From Octopus bimaculoides (taxonomy: Eukaryota), in contig NC_068984.1 in the NCBI RefSeq assembly GCF_001194135.2, positions 116,168,815 to 116,205,251 on the forward strand: 36,437 nt of DNA, read 5' to 3'. Below, piece after piece: positions 34,762-36,437 of the stretch. Position 1 is the first letter of the stretch. Each line of letters starts with the position of its first letter. Under the pieces are notes generated by a model that worked only from the letters and a program-made list of their open reading frames with translations, did no database searches and was not told the origin of the DNA. The translations under genes and the position numbers were made by a program.

Positions 34762-35183
34762 CTTTTACTTATTTTAGTCATTGGACATCAGCTATACTGG
34801 AGCACTACCTTGAACAATTTTTTGTCCTATGAATCGACCCCAGTAGTTCCTGTTTCCTTGTAAGCCTCGTATTTCGAGCATTTAACAACAATATACGCTT
34901 TCGATAAAACAGTTGCTCCCGCAAAGCAAATTAAATAGAATTTGGGATTTTGCGGAGGGTCAAAATAGGTAACACAAACAGGACAGTGAAAACAAACAGG
35001 AAGGGCTGAATACCCAACGACAGCAATTAGTCCTGGCGATCGATCTGTCATACGGTCTGGAGTGTTTTTTTTTTTTGTTAAGCAAATCATCCTGGTAATA
35101 ATTTTTCCAAGTCTGGTACATATTCTATCTTTCTCTGTTGAAGTATTGCTAAGTTACAGGGACGTAAAGAAAGCAACCCTCGT
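34762..35183 (-). mobile_element. Family B SINE tail split by an insertion of about 245 bp
   Basis: 34762-34865 (TTTTAGTCATTGGAC..GAATCGACCCCAG) resumes at about 35112 (CTGGTACATATTCTATC..CTAAGTTACAGGGACGTAAA), as in the contiguous copy at 16651-16830. Confidence 0.7.
34866..35000. mobile_element. Family G repeat, copy 2, nested in the SINE
   Basis: Aligns with 13957-14090 from the same left boundary. Confidence 0.7.
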
Positions 35184-35543
35184 NNNNNNNNNNNNNNNNN
35201 NNNNNNNNNNNNNNNNNNNNNNNNNNNNNNNNNNNNNNNNNNNNNNNNNNNNNNNNNNNNNNNNNNNNNNNNNNNNNNNNNNNNNNNNNNNNNNNNNNNN
35301 NNNNNNNNNNNNNNNNNNNNNNNNNNNNNNNNNNNNNNNNNNNNNNNNNNNNNNNNNNNNNNNNNNNNNNNNNNNNNNNNNNNNNNNNNNNNNNNNNNNN
35401 NNNNNNNNNNNNNNNNNNNNNNNNNNNNNNNNNNNNNNNNNNNNNNNNNNNNNNNNNNNNNNNNNNNNNNNNNNNNNNNNNNNNNNNNNNNNNNNNNNNN
35501 NNNNNNNNNNNNNNNNNNNNNNNNNNNNNNNNNNNNNNNNNNN

Positions 35544-35590
<47 letters not shown>

Positions 35591-35639
35591 ATATGTATAT
35601 ATATGTATATATATATATATGTATACCCTTTATATTTTA

Positions 35640-36028
35640 TCTCTCACTTTTTCAGTTATCAGACTGCGGTCATGGTACCGTCATGGAGAAGTTTTAGACG
35701 CCTTTATCGATCGCCAGGACTAATTGTTTTTTGCTTTTTAAACCTGAAACTCCTCTTTTGCCGTATCACTAAGTTATAGGGAGGTAAACATAACAACATC
35801 GGTTGTCAAGCGGTGGTGGAGGATCAATCACAAACACAAAGACACACACACTCACACACATATACGAAAGCCTCGTTTAGTTTCCGTCTACCCAGTTCAT
35901 TCGCAAGGTTTTGGTCGCCCTGCAGCTACTGCGTAAGACACTTGTCTAAGGTGCCACACAGTGGAGCCGAACCCGGAAGTAGGTAGCTGGGAAGTACGAT
36001 ACCTGTCACACAGCCACTGTTGCGCCTA
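35640..36028 (-). mobile_element. Family B SINE, near full length
   Basis: Tail, CATCGGTTGTCAAGCGGTGGTGG, internal CA tract, AAGACACTTGTCTAAGGTGCCACACAGTGG, CACAGCCAC head. Confidence 0.85.
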
Positions 36029-36220
36029 CGCTTATATACACACACACACACACACATATATTTACATATCTACAAACATACACACACAAACACGCACACA
36101 CATATATATATACATACACACATATACATATATACATATATACATATATATACATATATACATAAATATATGCATATATGAATATATATATACACACACG
36201 CGTACATACATACGAACACA

Positions 36221-36282
36221 CGCACACGCACAGACGCACACGCACAGACGCACACGCACAGACGCACACGCACAGACGCACA
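36221..36282 (+). repeat. 14-bp minisatellite (CGCACACGCACAGA) x4.4
   Basis: Four perfect units plus CGCACA. Confidence 0.95.
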
Positions 36283-36285
36283 AAA

Positions 36286-36406
36286 ATGGTTCCGGGTTCA
36301 GTCCCACTGCGTGGTACCTTGGGCAAGTGTCTTCTACTATAGCATCGGGCCGACCAATGCCTTGTGAGTGGATTCGGTAGGCGGAAACTGAAAGAAGCCC
36401 GTCGTA

Positions 36407-36410
<4 letters not shown>
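36286..36410 (+). mobile_element. Family B SINE, 5'-truncated, well preserved
   Basis: GGGTTCAGTCCC B-box, ACCTTGGGCAAGTGTCTT (matches the CORE-domain ACCTTGGGCAAGT), continues into (TA)n at the window edge. Confidence 0.9.

Positions 36411-36437
<27 letters not shown>

Noticed and set aside
6898-36380. All long ORFs in the supplied track (150-475 aa)
   Set aside because: They are made of X from N gaps plus translated dinucleotide repeats ([20 protein letters not shown]) and are not real coding sequence.

Overview
AT-rich eukaryotic (metazoan) genomic DNA with 10 assembly gaps (about 4.8 kb of N, about 13%), nearly all abutting microsatellites. The SINE, Penelope and mariner fragments resemble families I recall from octopus genomes, so an octopod cephalopod source is inferred, not proven. 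I cannot support any host protein-coding exon. The long ORFs in the track are artefacts of N-runs and microsatellites, and the window reads as intergenic or deep intronic. It is a layered transposon graveyard: the 3' end of an R4/Dong-type RLE LINE with a (TAA)22 tail, a (TAA)n-flanked 535-bp element, three tRNA-headed SINE families, a Penelope-like RT fragment, mariner transposase fragments, a TA-flanked MITE and a foldback element. I found no clear new multi-gene system. The best candidates for unusual functional RNA are a stand-alone tRNA-like gene (anticodon CGT, extra anticodon-stem pair, own oligo-T terminator) at 5586-5675 and two minimal type I hammerhead-ribozyme-like motifs in Penelope-type termini (27283-27327 with an intact core; 7607-7642 with a variant core). 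All family names come from reading by eye and need database confirmation.
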